63,524 nt of DNA, filler included, from Craspedostauros australis (GCA_030167865.1; 11 parts of 11 records of this genome joined end to end with filler, not necessarily neighbours in it), one strand, 5' to 3'; counted from the first letter of the whole stretch, positions 1 to 11,870 are shown. Notes: generated by a model from the sequence alone, not told the origin. Made by a program: numbers and translations.

Positions 1-1994
1 GTATATGGTAAGGCCTCTTAAAGTTTATATCAGGATCGCAGATGCGACGCCGACTTTGGTGTACTATTTTGGCTCAGGCGGGTCTTATTCTGGCAGAAGC
101 ACATGAGCAGATTTCACGACCAAGCAGTGCACTCTTCTGTTTGCTAACTTGCCTTTCCAAAACACAGGAACTGCAGGCACAAACATCTGTCTATTCGCGG
201 CAGCAAGAAGCTGCAAAAACAGTGGCGGATGGCGGAGATGCTCCACAGCGACAAATGCAGAATTGCCAAGAAGTCCATCGGGCTTCCATAGGACCAAAGC
301 GACGGCTCGTGAAGCCAGTCCCCAAACTGCCGCCCCAACAATGAATAGCAACCGCCATTGGATTAACTGGACTGAAACATTGCCATTCCCCGCAAAATCG
401 GTGTTGGTGTTACGGCTGCGCAACCACACCAAAAGGGTGAGCAAGAACAGCCACGACCACCGAAGAACGAAGACTCTTCACATTCATTTTTTTTATACGG
501 CTACACACTGACGACTTGGCACACGCAGGCAGCTTGGCGCACGCTTCTGACACCTCCCACATCATCCGCATCATCTCCGACATGCCAGAAACAGAGATTG
601 GAGCAATGTGCATCGTGCACTGCCACGCCGGCACAGTCAATGGGCGACAGCGTCACGTTCGGACTTCGTCGGATGCAAGATCATCGATGAGGCAACGACA
701 GTGACATCGGCACTTCTCCGGCGATATTGCAAGCATACGTACGTAAGCTACGGTTACTCTGTTGAGCCTCCGTCCGAGCGCGACCGAAGTCAACGACAAC
801 GTCTGGAGCATGATGCTTCGCATGTATACTAGTACGATGTGTCTGACGAGGCTGAGATGTACTCAACTCCATACCAAGAGAGAGTAGAAGACTCCACGGT
901 ACCATCTACCACACTCTCCTCTTCCGGCACTCACGAGCGCTCGCTTGCATCAAGAGCTGCTTCCAACCACGGTCAACATCCGAAGCCCAAGCTTGGCACA
1001 ACCAGATAAATACTTCCCATAGGAAGTTCATGCGCCGGACCTGCATTCCTTATTCGATGTCTTGCCGTCTTGGCCACCCACGACCATCTTGCCAGCGATG
1101 TGCCATCCGTGTAGATCGTACCGAAGCACCACAGCATCGCGCGAGCTTCCCAATTGTGCCAACAATAATGACAACTCGTGACCTCGAAATAAGACTTGTG
1201 TTCCAATTGTCGTCTTGTCAATTCGCAATCGAATAAATGGCCACCGATAGCAGTCACGTCTGTGGGCAACAAGCGCGACCATTGATATCCACATAATCAC
1301 GGGATCATTCTCGAATGTTCTCACTCATGAATGGATACCAAAGTGAGCATCCAACAATGGGGCCAACGGTGAAATATATTTTGCATGTATTTTCAAATCA
1401 GTGGATGATGTCGACTCACTGGACCAAACAAGAAAGTATCAATGAAGAATCCAATCCCGTGCCAACAAGACATCGATGCGAATGTTCGACATCACCAATC
1501 GCGTGTTGTTCCTTGAACCAAGAAGGCGAAGAATGGAATGACAAGTGCACAGCCATTCTCACATTTTCATTTCCGAAGTTCGTGGGAAGAGTTTGCGACG
1601 TGTCCGTGGACACTCTGCGAGGAACTTGGTGCTGTCGGCAAGGGGCCAAACATAATTCATGCGAGTGGGACAGGGACAACAAGAACAAGATCATCGATCT
1701 TGGTTGAAGAGGAGTTGGCTCAGGAATTGGAGTGCAGCGCATCTCCGTGTTCACCTTTACATCTCGTGTGCGTGCCACACCAATGCACAAAAGGCTAAAA
1801 GAGGAGAAGGGGCTGCTGCTGTTTTCAGACATGCACATCCATCGCAACCCAGACACAAAACAAGATCGCTCTGCTGGAAGAACGAATACGACTGCACACA
1901 AAAAGAAACGACCACCATTTGCGGTCTGTCATTTACATTGCTCCCAACAAGCATCAACACATCTGCTCCGCCATTTCATCCACGAAGATCAACG

Positions 1995-3900
1995 ATGTTT
2001 GAAGACGTCGTCTCTGCTCCAGTCAACGCAACTGTGTCTGCCTTTGGCAGGCTTGGATCTGAGTGTGACACTACATTGTTGGTCGCTGCCGCCGTCTTGG
2101 CGTTTGGAGTGGCCACCCTGGGCATCCGCTGGCTCTCTGGTCTCCAGCGGGGCGAATCGACTGCATCTAAATCCAGAGCGACGACAGCTCAAGATGAACA
2201 GCCCGTGCGGCCGCTGATGATCCCGCATTGGATCCCCTGGCTTGGCAATGCCTTGGAGCTGGTGAGGCTCGGGTTTGGCGGCCTTGCCAGGAAGTACCGC
2301 GACACCGTGGATGGAGCACCATTCGTTTCCGTTCTCGTGGCGGGGAAGACGATGCATATTGTCGTGGACCCCATCGTCTTTCCGGCCATATTTCGACATG
2401 GGGTGGATACGCTGTCCGCACTGCCATTGTTCGAGCCGTTGTGGGGAAGAATGTTCGGAAGGGAACTGAAGACGACCAAGTTCATCGATGGTCCTGCTCG
2501 CAAGCCTTTCCATTTCATGATGCAACACCTCTTGACCAGCGACGATGGTCTGGTGCGGAGCAACAGACGATTCCAATCGTCGACGATGGGCCGCGTCAAG
2601 CTCTGCATGGACCAATCGGCAGACGGTGTCGCTCGATTTCGGCTCCGAGACTTCACCCACAAGGTGATATTCAACGCTGTGCTTCAGACAATTGTATCGA
2701 AGTCTGTGTTCGATGACGAGACGTGCGAATCGTACTGGGAATTCGCGACGTCAATCATCACCGCAGCCAAGGGCTCGGATATCAAGAATGCCAACAAGCC
2801 GGCATACGAGGCCCGTGAACGTATTATGGCGTTTCTGAAGTCAGCCTCCTTTCAACCCTCTGACTACATGTTGAAACGCAGAGCAGTCTTCGCGGAAAAC
2901 GGATTCGGGGAGGAGGAGATGGTTCGAGACATTCTCATTGCTGTACGTATCAGTGGCTACTCCATGGATTTCCAGCGTGTTGAATGCACCATGCCAGTAC
3001 ATGGACGAGTACGAGTATGAGTACGAGTTTGGTACAAGGCGTGGTTGATCGTATCTACCCCCGTGAATCAACTGCGCACAATCGCACCAGCACGCCGCAT
3101 CTAACTCGATTCGCTTTATTTCATCCCTTCCACGTTCTCTACTTGCCTTCGGAACTGTTTTTGTTTGTGCACCTACCACTATTCGCCGCATCCTCAAACA
3201 TCTCAAACGCCTCACCACGCTTCCACAGATATGGTCATCAGCTACCAACTTCATCCCGTCCATGTTCTGGATGCTGTACTACGTGTGTAGTAGCAAGGAT
3301 ACAGTGAAGCACCTTCGACGAGAGATTGAAAACATCCGTTCCGAGCGTTCCGCTGACGCCAGTGCGTTCGATGATACATTCACCATGGACGAGGTCGATA
3401 AAATGCACGGCATGGGATCTGCGTTTAAGGAGGCGATTCGTATGTCCGAGCATACAGCCATAGCACGTGAGGTGATGAAGGACTTCACCATGGACCTGAA
3501 ATTGAAGAGCGAACGTTGCAGCAAGTACGAAATGAAGAAAGGCGATCTGCTCGTCATGTACCACCCAATACTGCACCATGACGAGCACGTCTTCCAAGAC
3601 CCATCCGAATTCCAATGGGATCGATTCTTGCCGGATGAAAGCACAGGAAAGCGAAAAGTATTCCGAACTAAGAACGGCGATGTTATCCTGGATCCGTTCC
3701 GAGGGTTTGGAGGCGGGGCACACAACTGCCCAGCTCGCAAGTTCGTGACAGCCGCCGCTAAGAACTTCGTGGCTAGCTTGATCCACCAATTTGATGTCGA
3801 GGTGGAGGGGACAACAGAGTTCGATATGACCCTTGACGAGTTCGGAATACTGGACCCGTCGGACGATGTAGGCCTCACGATCCGACCAAGACAACACTGA
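1995..3900 (+). CDS. Cytochrome P450, CYP7/CYP8(prostacyclin synthase)/CYP39-like; two exons (1995-2942, 3229-3900), phase-0 intron 2943-3228
   Basis: N-terminal TM anchor followed by a PxxIPHWIPWLG proline hinge. The GTACGT...CCACAG intron joins RDILIA to IWSSATNFIPSMFW in frame (I-helix). ExxR (EAIR), PSEFQWDRF and the heme motif FGGGAHNCPAR are present. Confidence 0.93.
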
Positions 3901-4189
3901 AGAGGGGTTGTAATTTCAACGCGGCATACTGCGGTGCCGCATGCCAACAACTAGATTCGTTTGCGGCAGCCTGATCGGATCCATTCCTTTTGCGAGGGGA
4001 TGTGGGGATCGAATGGTTTGGGTTTACTCGTTGCATATCACCACCACAACTCGCATTTGATACTCCACATATAGTCGCTTTCTACGAGTGAAGGAGAGAC
4101 GAAATCAGCAGTGTGATATATACTATTCTATTCCAAGTTCGATACTACGAGTATGTACTCCACGGAGCAACGGTTTAGGCTCCTCATGC

Positions 4190-7100
4190 TTAATCGATGT
4201 CGGTCAACACAGACAGATCATCCTCATCGAGGCCCACGGAACCATCCATACCATCTCCGAGCTCCGACCCGAACACGAGCGCACTGCCAGGACCATCGCC
4301 ACCCTTGCCACGGTCGGCGAATGTATCAAGGTCTGCGCACCTTGAAGTGATCGCCCCAGTGAAAGAATCCCGGGTGATTCCGAAGAGGAAGTTGCCATTG
4401 CCGTCGTCAGTGAGGCCCTCCGGACGCTGGCGATCGGGATCGTTGAGGGTCTTCAAGTACTGCTTGCGCCGCTTCTTGATGTCGTTGACCTTGCTCTTGC
4501 AGCCCCACGCCGCGTAGTAGTCCACAGCGTGAACGAAGTAGTCACCAACCATCTCCTTGGAGCCGTGCTCGACGAAGTGTTCTCCAGCCATCTCGTTGGC
4601 GAGGGCAATTTCATGGATGCAGCCAGCCTTGGTTGCTGCGGCGATCGCAAGGTTGTAGGCATGCTGGATCTTGGGGTCCTGCTTGTTCTTGAGGGTGATT
4701 GCGAGCTCTTCTGCCTCCATCAAGAGCACTTGGTACATCCAGAATTTGCCTCTGACCTCGGCGGTGTCTCTCAGCTTCTTGGTCAGCTTGCGCAGGGTTG
4801 TGAGATAACTGCGTTTTCTTGTCACTCGGAACCTCTCGGCGGCAGCCAGTCCTGCTACGTAGCACTCGGCGATGATGACCATGCATGACATCTCGCCAAT
4901 GTTGAGGAGGACGAAGTTGCGGATCAGTCGTTCCGCCATTTCGTACTTCCGATGGAACAAGGTCAGGAAGGCTCGCGTGTAGAAGAGCATCGAATCGAAG
5001 ACGAGGTCAGATTGATCTAGAGTCTCCGTCAGGACATCCCGCTTGGATAATTGTTCCAACTCAGGCCAGTTGATCGGCTCTTCTTCCAGGAAGTTTGCGA
5101 ATATGACCCGAAGGTTCACGGCGACGCCGCTGAAGCCTGTGACCTTGTATGCTGCATATTGATCAAGGGCCGCATCAGCCGCCTTGAGCAGCGGTCCCAG
5201 CTCCATTCCGTAGTACATTCCCATGCAAATGGCGCCTTGGTAATTCATGAGGCCCATGTCAAACTCTCCGACCTCCAGAGAATCCAGATAGCCTCTCCTG
5301 AACTGCCGCAGGACGTCTGGGAAAGGACACTTGAAGGGGATGATGTACCAGGATGTCAAAAATCGGACTTGGCCTTGGCTCGTTTTTCCGTCAACCAAAT
5401 CGAGGATTGCATGCGAGATCTCTGTGCAGCGTTCTGCTGTAGCTTGGTCTCCCATGTTGGAAATGACGAGGCCGTAGGTGACGAAGGCGGCGGCCGATTC
5501 CTTGCAGATGCCGTACTTGATGGTGGTGGACATCATCTTGCCGAGGTTGAGGATCACCATGAGCATGTTGCCGGTCGTCTTCGTGCAAATGCTGAAGTCG
5601 AGGGCAACCTTCATGGCGAAGAGCTTCTTTGGGTTCGTCATCAGTGGTCTTGAGAGGATCTCCTCGTTGGTGTTCTTCTTCAGGAAGGACTTGATCTTCA
5701 TCATGCATCTCATGATGTGGAACGTGTACCATCGCTTGGGGAAGCTCTTCAATGACCGGAGCAAGCGCAGCTCCACAGCCATGGTTTCCGCATGGCGGTC
5801 CTGTCTGGCCAAGGCTCTTCCCATGGAGAGGTATGTCGCCATCTTGTCCTCCAACGAGCGGGCTCTCTCCAGCACGTCGTCGCACAGCTTGTAGCCGACT
5901 TCGTAGTTGCCCAGCGACAGCTCAACGTCAGCACGCGCGCAGTGGATGTGCAGGCAGAGATCGTAGTGCTCGTCGCTGTCCCAGATGGATGAGCCGGGAG
6001 CGGCTTGGGTTTTGGCAGATCCCTTGGTCTTGGTGGAGGCCTTCGTCGGTGCGCTGCTTCTCACGCGCTGCAACGCAGCATGTGCCTTTTGCAGGTATCC
6101 GACGGCAGATTCGAGGGCTGCCATCTCCAGGGCCTTGTCACCCACCTCCATGTTCATGGTGGCAGAGAAAATATGATCCTTGGTTGGCACGCTGTTCAAG
6201 TGGTCCGCAGCCACGAACAGGAGACCGTCATCGACTTCTGAAGTGGTCAAGGTCGAAGTGAAGGTTTCGGCCGATGTTGTCGAATGCGTAGATTGAGAAG
6301 ACATGTTGAACTTGTCTTGAGCTTCCATCCCGCTTGCCTTCTTGTGCCCATGGTTGACCTCAAGAGTCTCTTCAAACTCCTCCTCTTGCTCATGCTGACG
6401 GCGAACCTGCATGCGTCGATGCATCTTCAGCAAGCAGTGCCCGATGCGCACACGCAGCTTGTCGCGAGCTTCGCCGGCTGGGATCATGCCCTGTGCCGCC
6501 TGCTGGATGCGATCATGTGCGAAGTGATACTTGGTACCACCGATGGGGTTGGAGATCAGACGCTCCAGAACTGCAGTCTCCAGCATGTCGGAGAGGTCTT
6601 GGGCGGTCGATATGCGGTCCATGGAGTCGATCTCACCATCCACATGCTTGCACTCGTTCTGGAGCACCCTGAGCATCACCGAGATCTCGAACGTCGATCG
6701 GATGTAGGCAGCAACTGACAGGATCTGTTGCAGCTGCATGGGAAGGTCTCGCAGCTTGGACTCGATGATACCGAGGATGTTGTCGCTGATGGGCAGCTGG
6801 GCGCTGCCGGCGTTGCTATCATCGTCATCCTCTGGGTTGGAAAGGCTCCATTCCCATTGCTGGGAAAGGAGGTTGAAGGCGAGGATATCCTTCCTTTCGA
6901 GCTCTTCGAGAGCCTGCAAGGTGAAGTAGACGTTACCCTCTGTCTTGGCGTAGAGCTTCTCAGACAGATCTTCGATGTCGTTGCAGTCCAGCATGCTCGA
7001 GAGCCATGCGGTCATGTCGTCCAGCGTGAGGTTGGTGATCGTGATCTGGCGCAGACTTCTTGGATAATGACGCGTGCCCACTTGGGACATTGCCGTGGAT

Positions 7101-8323
7101 GCAGTCATGACTGATGCATCATCAGACCCAGCAGCTGCATTTGGGTCGCTATCGACGGCAGCATCTGGCGACAGCGGCGCGACGAGGCACCGTGCCAGAG
7201 GATGGTCGGGGGTGAGATCCAGTGGTTCGTCGGTGTGCGGGTTAGTGTCCTGGCGGATGGCGCCCAGTAACATGAAATGTCTGATCGCTGGATCGCCCAC
7301 CATGTGCGCGATCAGGTCCAGTCCGATGTTAGCGGACCACTGCAGATCGTCGAGGAACATGTAGATGGGTCGTTCCTTCGTCGAGATTGCCTTGATGAAC
7401 TGTACGAAGATGTACTTGAGCTGGTTCCATGCCTTTTCGGTGATGGCTCCACCCGACCCTGATGACGGTGCGTCGCCGTTCATCTGGCTGCCGTGCATGC
7501 TCATGCTGTGGTCATCGCGGCGGCTGACGGACTGGCTCATGACAGAGGCATTGCCTCGAGCTGACTTGGGCGCCAGGATGGAGAGAGACGGTACCACTTT
7601 CACCATTGGACGAAGTCCACCAGTGGGGAAGGCCTTCCGCACGCATTCACGCATGCGATCGAGTTCTTCCTTGGGTCCGTTCTTGAGCTGGGTCGTGAAG
7701 TCTTGGAGGGCTTGGACGATGGCCGAGAACGGGTCACTCTGACCCGTGTACTCGTCATACTTTCCACGAAGAACGTAGCAGCAGGAGCAAGATGGTGCTG
7801 CATCGCCTGCATCCGCTTGTTCGGTCTTCGTTTGCTTCTGGTCGACGCCAGTGTTGCAGATACAGCACGTGTCGAGGAAGTGATCGACGAGAGCAGACTT
7901 TCCTGTACCGCTGACACCCCAGACCAGAACGGCTGGATGCACATCGAGTCTCTTGCTTGGCTTTGGTTTGGGTGCTGGCGTTGTTGCCTTGGTCTTGTCC
8001 TTGGTCTTGTCCTTGGTCTTGTCCTTGGTCTTGTCCTTGTCCTCATCAGCAGATGATTCCGGTGCAGGGGGAGTGGCATTGCTCTGGTGCTCCCCGATGA
8101 TCTTGTCCTTCAGAGCTTTGAGCTGTTCGAGCTCTGCCTCTCTACCGAGGAATTGCGATGTGTCCTTCCATGGAGCGACGCCGCTTGAGGGGCCAGCGGC
8201 ATCAGGTGCGTTGGAGGTTCCGATAGCATTAGGAGTGGTTTCGGTACCGGGGTTGGTTTTGGTATTGGAGTGATGTTCTTCCTCGAAGGGAGAATACTCA
8301 TCTTCTTGAAAATCTCCAACAAT
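4190..8323 (-). CDS. Large STAND/AAA_16-type P-loop ATPase with C-terminal helical (TPR-like) region; 5' end lost at scaffold edge
   Basis: The frame stays open upstream of the listed ORF start (7942) to the gap at 8323, adding FLGREAELEQL. Motifs: Walker A GVSGTGKS, GKYDE...PFSAI, Walker B MFLDDLQW, KTEGNVYF, YHFAHDRIQQAA, C-terminal ALANEMAG...YAAWG. Confidence 0.85.
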   Translation of the reverse strand: MVGDFQEDEYSPFEEEHHSNTKTNPGTETTPNAIGTSNAPDAAGPSSGVAPWKDTSQFLGREAELEQLKALKDKIIGEHQSNATPPAPESSADEDKDKTKDKTKDKTKDKTKATTPAPKPKPSKRLDVHPAVLVWGVSGTGKSALVDHFLDTCCICNTGVDQKQTKTEQADAGDAAPSCSCCYVLRGKYDEYTGQSDPFSAIVQALQDFTTQLKNGPKEELDRMRECVRKAFPTGGLRPMVKVVPSLSILAPKSARGNASVMSQSVSRRDDHSMSMHGSQMNGDAPSSGSGGAITEKAWNQLKYIFVQFIKAISTKERPIYMFLDDLQWSANIGLDLIAHMVGDPAIRHFMLLGAIRQDTNPHTDEPLDLTPDHPLARCLVAPLSPDAAVDSDPNAAAGSDDASVMTASTAMSQVGTRHYPRSLRQITITNLTLDDMTAWLSSMLDCNDIEDLSEKLYAKTEGNVYFTLQALEELERKDILAFNLLSQQWEWSLSNPEDDDDSNAGSAQLPISDNILGIIESKLRDLPMQLQQILSVAAYIRSTFEISVMLRVLQNECKHVDGEIDSMDRISTAQDLSDMLETAVLERLISNPIGGTKYHFAHDRIQQAAQGMIPAGEARDKLRVRIGHCLLKMHRRMQVRRQHEQEEEFEETLEVNHGHKKASGMEAQDKFNMSSQSTHSTTSAETFTSTLTTSEVDDGLLFVAADHLNSVPTKDHIFSATMNMEVGDKALEMAALESAVGYLQKAHAALQRVRSSAPTKASTKTKGSAKTQAAPGSSIWDSDEHYDLCLHIHCARADVELSLGNYEVGYKLCDDVLERARSLEDKMATYLSMGRALARQDRHAETMAVELRLLRSLKSFPKRWYTFHIMRCMMKIKSFLKKNTNEEILSRPLMTNPKKLFAMKVALDFSICTKTTGNMLMVILNLGKMMSTTIKYGICKESAAAFVTYGLVISNMGDQATAERCTEISHAILDLVDGKTSQGQVRFLTSWYIIPFKCPFPDVLRQFRRGYLDSLEVGEFDMGLMNYQGAICMGMYYGMELGPLLKAADAALDQYAAYKVTGFSGVAVNLRVIFANFLEEEPINWPELEQLSKRDVLTETLDQSDLVFDSMLFYTRAFLTLFHRKYEMAERLIRNFVLLNIGEMSCMVIIAECYVAGLAAAERFRVTRKRSYLTTLRKLTKKLRDTAEVRGKFWMYQVLLMEAEELAITLKNKQDPKIQHAYNLAIAAATKAGCIHEIALANEMAGEHFVEHGSKEMVGDYFVHAVDYYAAWGCKSKVNDIKKRRKQYLKTLNDPDRQRPEGLTDDGNGNFLFGITRDSFTGAITSRCADLDTFADRGKGGDGPGSALVFGSELGDGMDGSVGLDEDDLSVLTDID

Positions 8324-8423
8324 NNNNNNNNNNNNNNNNNNNNNNNNNNNNNNNNNNNNNNNNNNNNTTAATTAATTAANNNNNNNNNNNNNNNNNNNNN
8401 NNNNNNNNNNNNNNNNNNNNNNN

Positions 8424-8565
8424 CGGTTTGTCTGGGAGATGCTATTGGGGGTTGCGGCAATCATGGGTATCTTTGCACTTAATACCATTCCGATTCTAGT
8501 CAGTCCTCATGGGAGCTGCGGTAGAACAGGGTATCTTTGCAAAGTCGTACCCCCGATTCCTGACA
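8424..8565 (+). mobile_element. Diverged end fragment of LTR-like family B (ends CCGATTCCTGACA)
   Basis: Same terminal 13-mer and the same doubled GGGRGxTGCGG motif as 29133-29349 and 31933-32147 (reverse complement). Confidence 0.45.
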
Positions 8566-11393
8566 AGAGTCCATAACATTCCTTCCACGCCACTACCACT
8601 GTCACACACATGAAAGGATTATCTGAGAACCTGATTGTGGGGTGCGTGGAGTGCGCAGGGTACCTCCTTGAGGAGCTCTGCAATGGCCATGCCAACGAGC
8701 AGTTCATGAAGAATGTCGCCAAGGACCCAGGCATCCTCGTCTGCATCATCAGGCTGATCTGTGCCAACCTCGATGCAGTTCTTGTCTTCTCATCCATCCA
8801 ATCGTGGAGGTCATGCGCTTCCAGTACATGCGCTGGCTTGGAGGTAAGTGTTGATGCACGACTGCAGTTGCAGCAACCCATCACCATCACTGTAGCAATT
8901 GCCCATCATGAGTTTGTGTGCTGCGCTTCAAATACTTGCACACCAACACAATCACACCCATTCTCTCCTTCTCCTTTTCTCTTCATCCATACTATTCATC
9001 CATTCCACATCATCCTGATGGGACCAAATGCAATGCAATACACAATCGCAGGGCTTCCAGACAACCTCCAGTTCCTCATCACCACAGTCATGCAGCACAC
9101 AACACACCGCACACTTCGCGCAGCACACAGCACACANNNNNNNNNNNNNNNNNNNNNNNNNNNNNNNNNNNNNNNNNNNNNNNNNNGCCTACTCATAAGA
9201 ACTACTTCGCCTCAATCAACACCAACTTCTGTCCATATGCCGGCATTGGACCAACTGTCGCTACAATCATGTGCAAGCCAGGTGTTGATACCACCATGAA
9301 CCTCACCAATTTTCCCACTTTGCAGGAGCATCCTTTCAGAACATGGAAGAGCCGCCAGATGCAGTGTTCCATGTGCTGAGAGCAGAATGAAGTGAGCCAC
9401 TCTCAAGCGCAAGGAGAACCAGCACAAGAAGATCGTCATCGCCGCCTTCTCCTTCCCATCCCGCAAGATCAACATTGATACCGCCACCTCCTTCAACACC
9501 TTCAACGTGGCCAAGGCTATCCTGCAACAGCTCAAGAGCAAGGGATGCAATGTCAGTGGTGGCAACAGCATTGACAAAGCCACCAAGGAGGATATGCTGA
9601 AGGCTATCCTGAAGGATATTGTCAACAACATCATCAACACTCTAGAAGCAATGCTCTCCTTTCCAGAGCTCAATTTTCCCACCACAGGGATCTAGGCAAG
9701 CACTATTCATGATGATGTTTTGAATGCAAGCGAGATCCCAACTGCCTCCTCTTTGTCAATTCTGTCAACACTGCTAGCCTGCATCACATACTCATGGCCT
9801 ACACGTACCCATCACCCAGTTCTCTGTTGAAATTCCCCGTTGTCCCAACAGTAACGTGCTCCTGTAACGCTCAGGAGTGATCGATCCTACACTTGCCATG
9901 TTGAAAGCAGGGGGGATTTTGCTATTTCTGTCCTCTGTTCCGGTTCAGTCCTGTACGATCAGGAATTTCTGATGTCACACATTTCGACAAGGGTCATCAG
10001 GTTTTGCAGATGAATAACTGCCCTTTGCTGTGTGCAGTAATGTGGCACCTGAGTTGCCTTCTCCTGTTTGCACATGTTTAGACCTCTCTTTTTGAGTTGC
10101 AAGCACCGAGTCCCAGAGGTCAATGTTTGGATGACCAACTGGGGATGAATACAATGTGAATGACCAAGTTGTCGACTTGCTCATTGCTCAGATCAACGTC
10201 CCAGAACTTGGCACTTGTGAACTATTGTAGAGCTTGGTAGTGATGCCCTCCATCACCTCTTCCTTGACTTGGTCCGCTGTTGTTTGTTTTGCATCGTTGG
10301 CTTCCATTTTTGGGGTTGGTGTGTTGCTGCCATGGGACTGTGCATGGACACCAGAACCAGACCACCATCATTGCAGTTGGCAAGGCTGACACCAATGGGC
10401 AAGGATGAGGGCGGTGCTAGTGCGACAGGCATCAATGAGATGAATCTGGAGGCAGTGGATGGTCGCTGCAAGGAAAACAAACGTGAAGCTGGGGGGAGGG
10501 GGTAGGTCCCAGCATGGGGCCTTGAATCACCAACTTCATGAGAGGGAGAAGCTTGTTGGCCATGGTAGAGAACATGTGTGAGTTGGGCACATGAGTTGTC
10601 CTGGTCAAGGTGGGGAAAGACAGCCATGGATGCAGTTCTGGCTGCCTCTGTTATCATCCTGGTTTGGATCATTGTCTTGCTGGCTTCTGTATTCTGGACA
10701 TTCACTCTTTTGTTGGTTGCTTGTGGTTGGCTCCTGCATTTGGCTTTTGGTGTTGATGGGTAGGCTGTCTCTACGCTTGATGGGTGGATTTGTGGGTATG
10801 GTGGATATTGCCCTGAAGGGATTGCTGTTGGAGTCGCGATGGAGCTGCAATGAATTTGTCTCTGCTGAGAGGGAAGGGAATGTCACTATTTCCAGTCTCC
10901 GGATGCCTGGGTGACCACGGGTAACCCCCGAGTGTAAGTGTTGGTAGGTAGATGCATTCAGAGGCCATTCAGATAGTGGTGGGAGAGCAGAGTAGTTTGG
11001 GACATCAGCATTTCCTTCAGTTGGTTCTCTCTCAGGTTTACTCACACTTGGAAGTTGGGACTGCCCTCCTGAGGGTGTTTGGGCGTTTGGGTGAATGTGT
11101 TGATGTTTGTGCTTGCGAGTGTGTGATTTTGGATGTGGTGATGTGTACGGTCTGCGTCGTTTGTTGACATGAATGATCACAACGTGACTTAGTCAGAGGG
11201 GTCGGCAATCACTTGGACATGCACAAACTACACAGGAACAAGAATCCACGAAACAATCATACTCGTTCCCATTCAGCAGCGCAGGTGAATGTGNNNNNNN
11301 NNNNNNNNNNNNNNNNNNNNNNNNNNNNNNNNNNNNNTTAATTAATTAANNNNNNNNNNNNNNNNNNNNNNNNNNNNNNNNNNNNNNNNNNNN

Positions 11394-11870
11394 GGTGACG
11401 AGCGACTTCTTGTTGACGATGTCGCTGATGATGATCTGTGCCAGTTGCTCGTCCGACAGGTTGAGCTGCTTCTGTTCTGTTGTGCATGTGGCGGCGACGG
11501 CCAAGGCGGCCATGGAATGCATCCATGCACGTCGGGATGTCGACGTTGATGGCAGGGATGGTGTGGCGTCAGCGTTGGCAGTGGTGCTCCAGAGAGGATC
11601 GGCGGGTGTGTCTGCATCCTGGAAAGGTTGCTGCGGCACGTTGGATGCGATGGCTTGTCTGGCGTTCTGGAGGAATGCGAAACGGGATGCCGATGGTTGC
11701 TCGGACTCGAACATGGTGGCGAAGAGCTGGGTGTTGGCTGATGCTGGCTGTCTTGTGGTGAATGCCTGTGCTTGGTTGTTGGCGCATGGTGCTGCGAGGA
11801 CGATGAGTCCAAGGAAGAGGGAGAGCTTGACGCTGGATGTGGTTGGCTTGCTGTTGTTGTTGCTGTTCAT
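11394..11870 (-). CDS. 5' part of a plastid-targeted, probably thylakoid-lumenal protein (possibly DUF2358/SnoaL-like); 3' truncated at scaffold end
   Basis: Signal peptide LSLFLGLIVLAAPC, an AQA-FTT cleavage junction (ASAFAP-like), a Ser/Thr-rich transit peptide, twin-Arg SRRAWMHSMAALAVAA, then LSDEQLAQIIISDIVNKKSLVT. Confidence 0.65.

Noticed and set aside
3279..7742. Antisense ORFs overlapping the P450 and ATPase (similar ones overlap UTP4 and the Cys-rich gene)
   Set aside because: Shadow ORFs caused by GC-rich codon usage; no recognisable motifs.
1995..8323. P450 plus STAND ATPase as a functional cluster or prokaryotic defence system
   Set aside because: They are merely convergent eukaryotic neighbours, and there is no evidence of functional coupling.
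8368..8379. TTAATTAATTAA as a biological motif (e.g. piggyBac TTAA target)
   Set aside because: Always centred in N runs; it is a synthetic linker.
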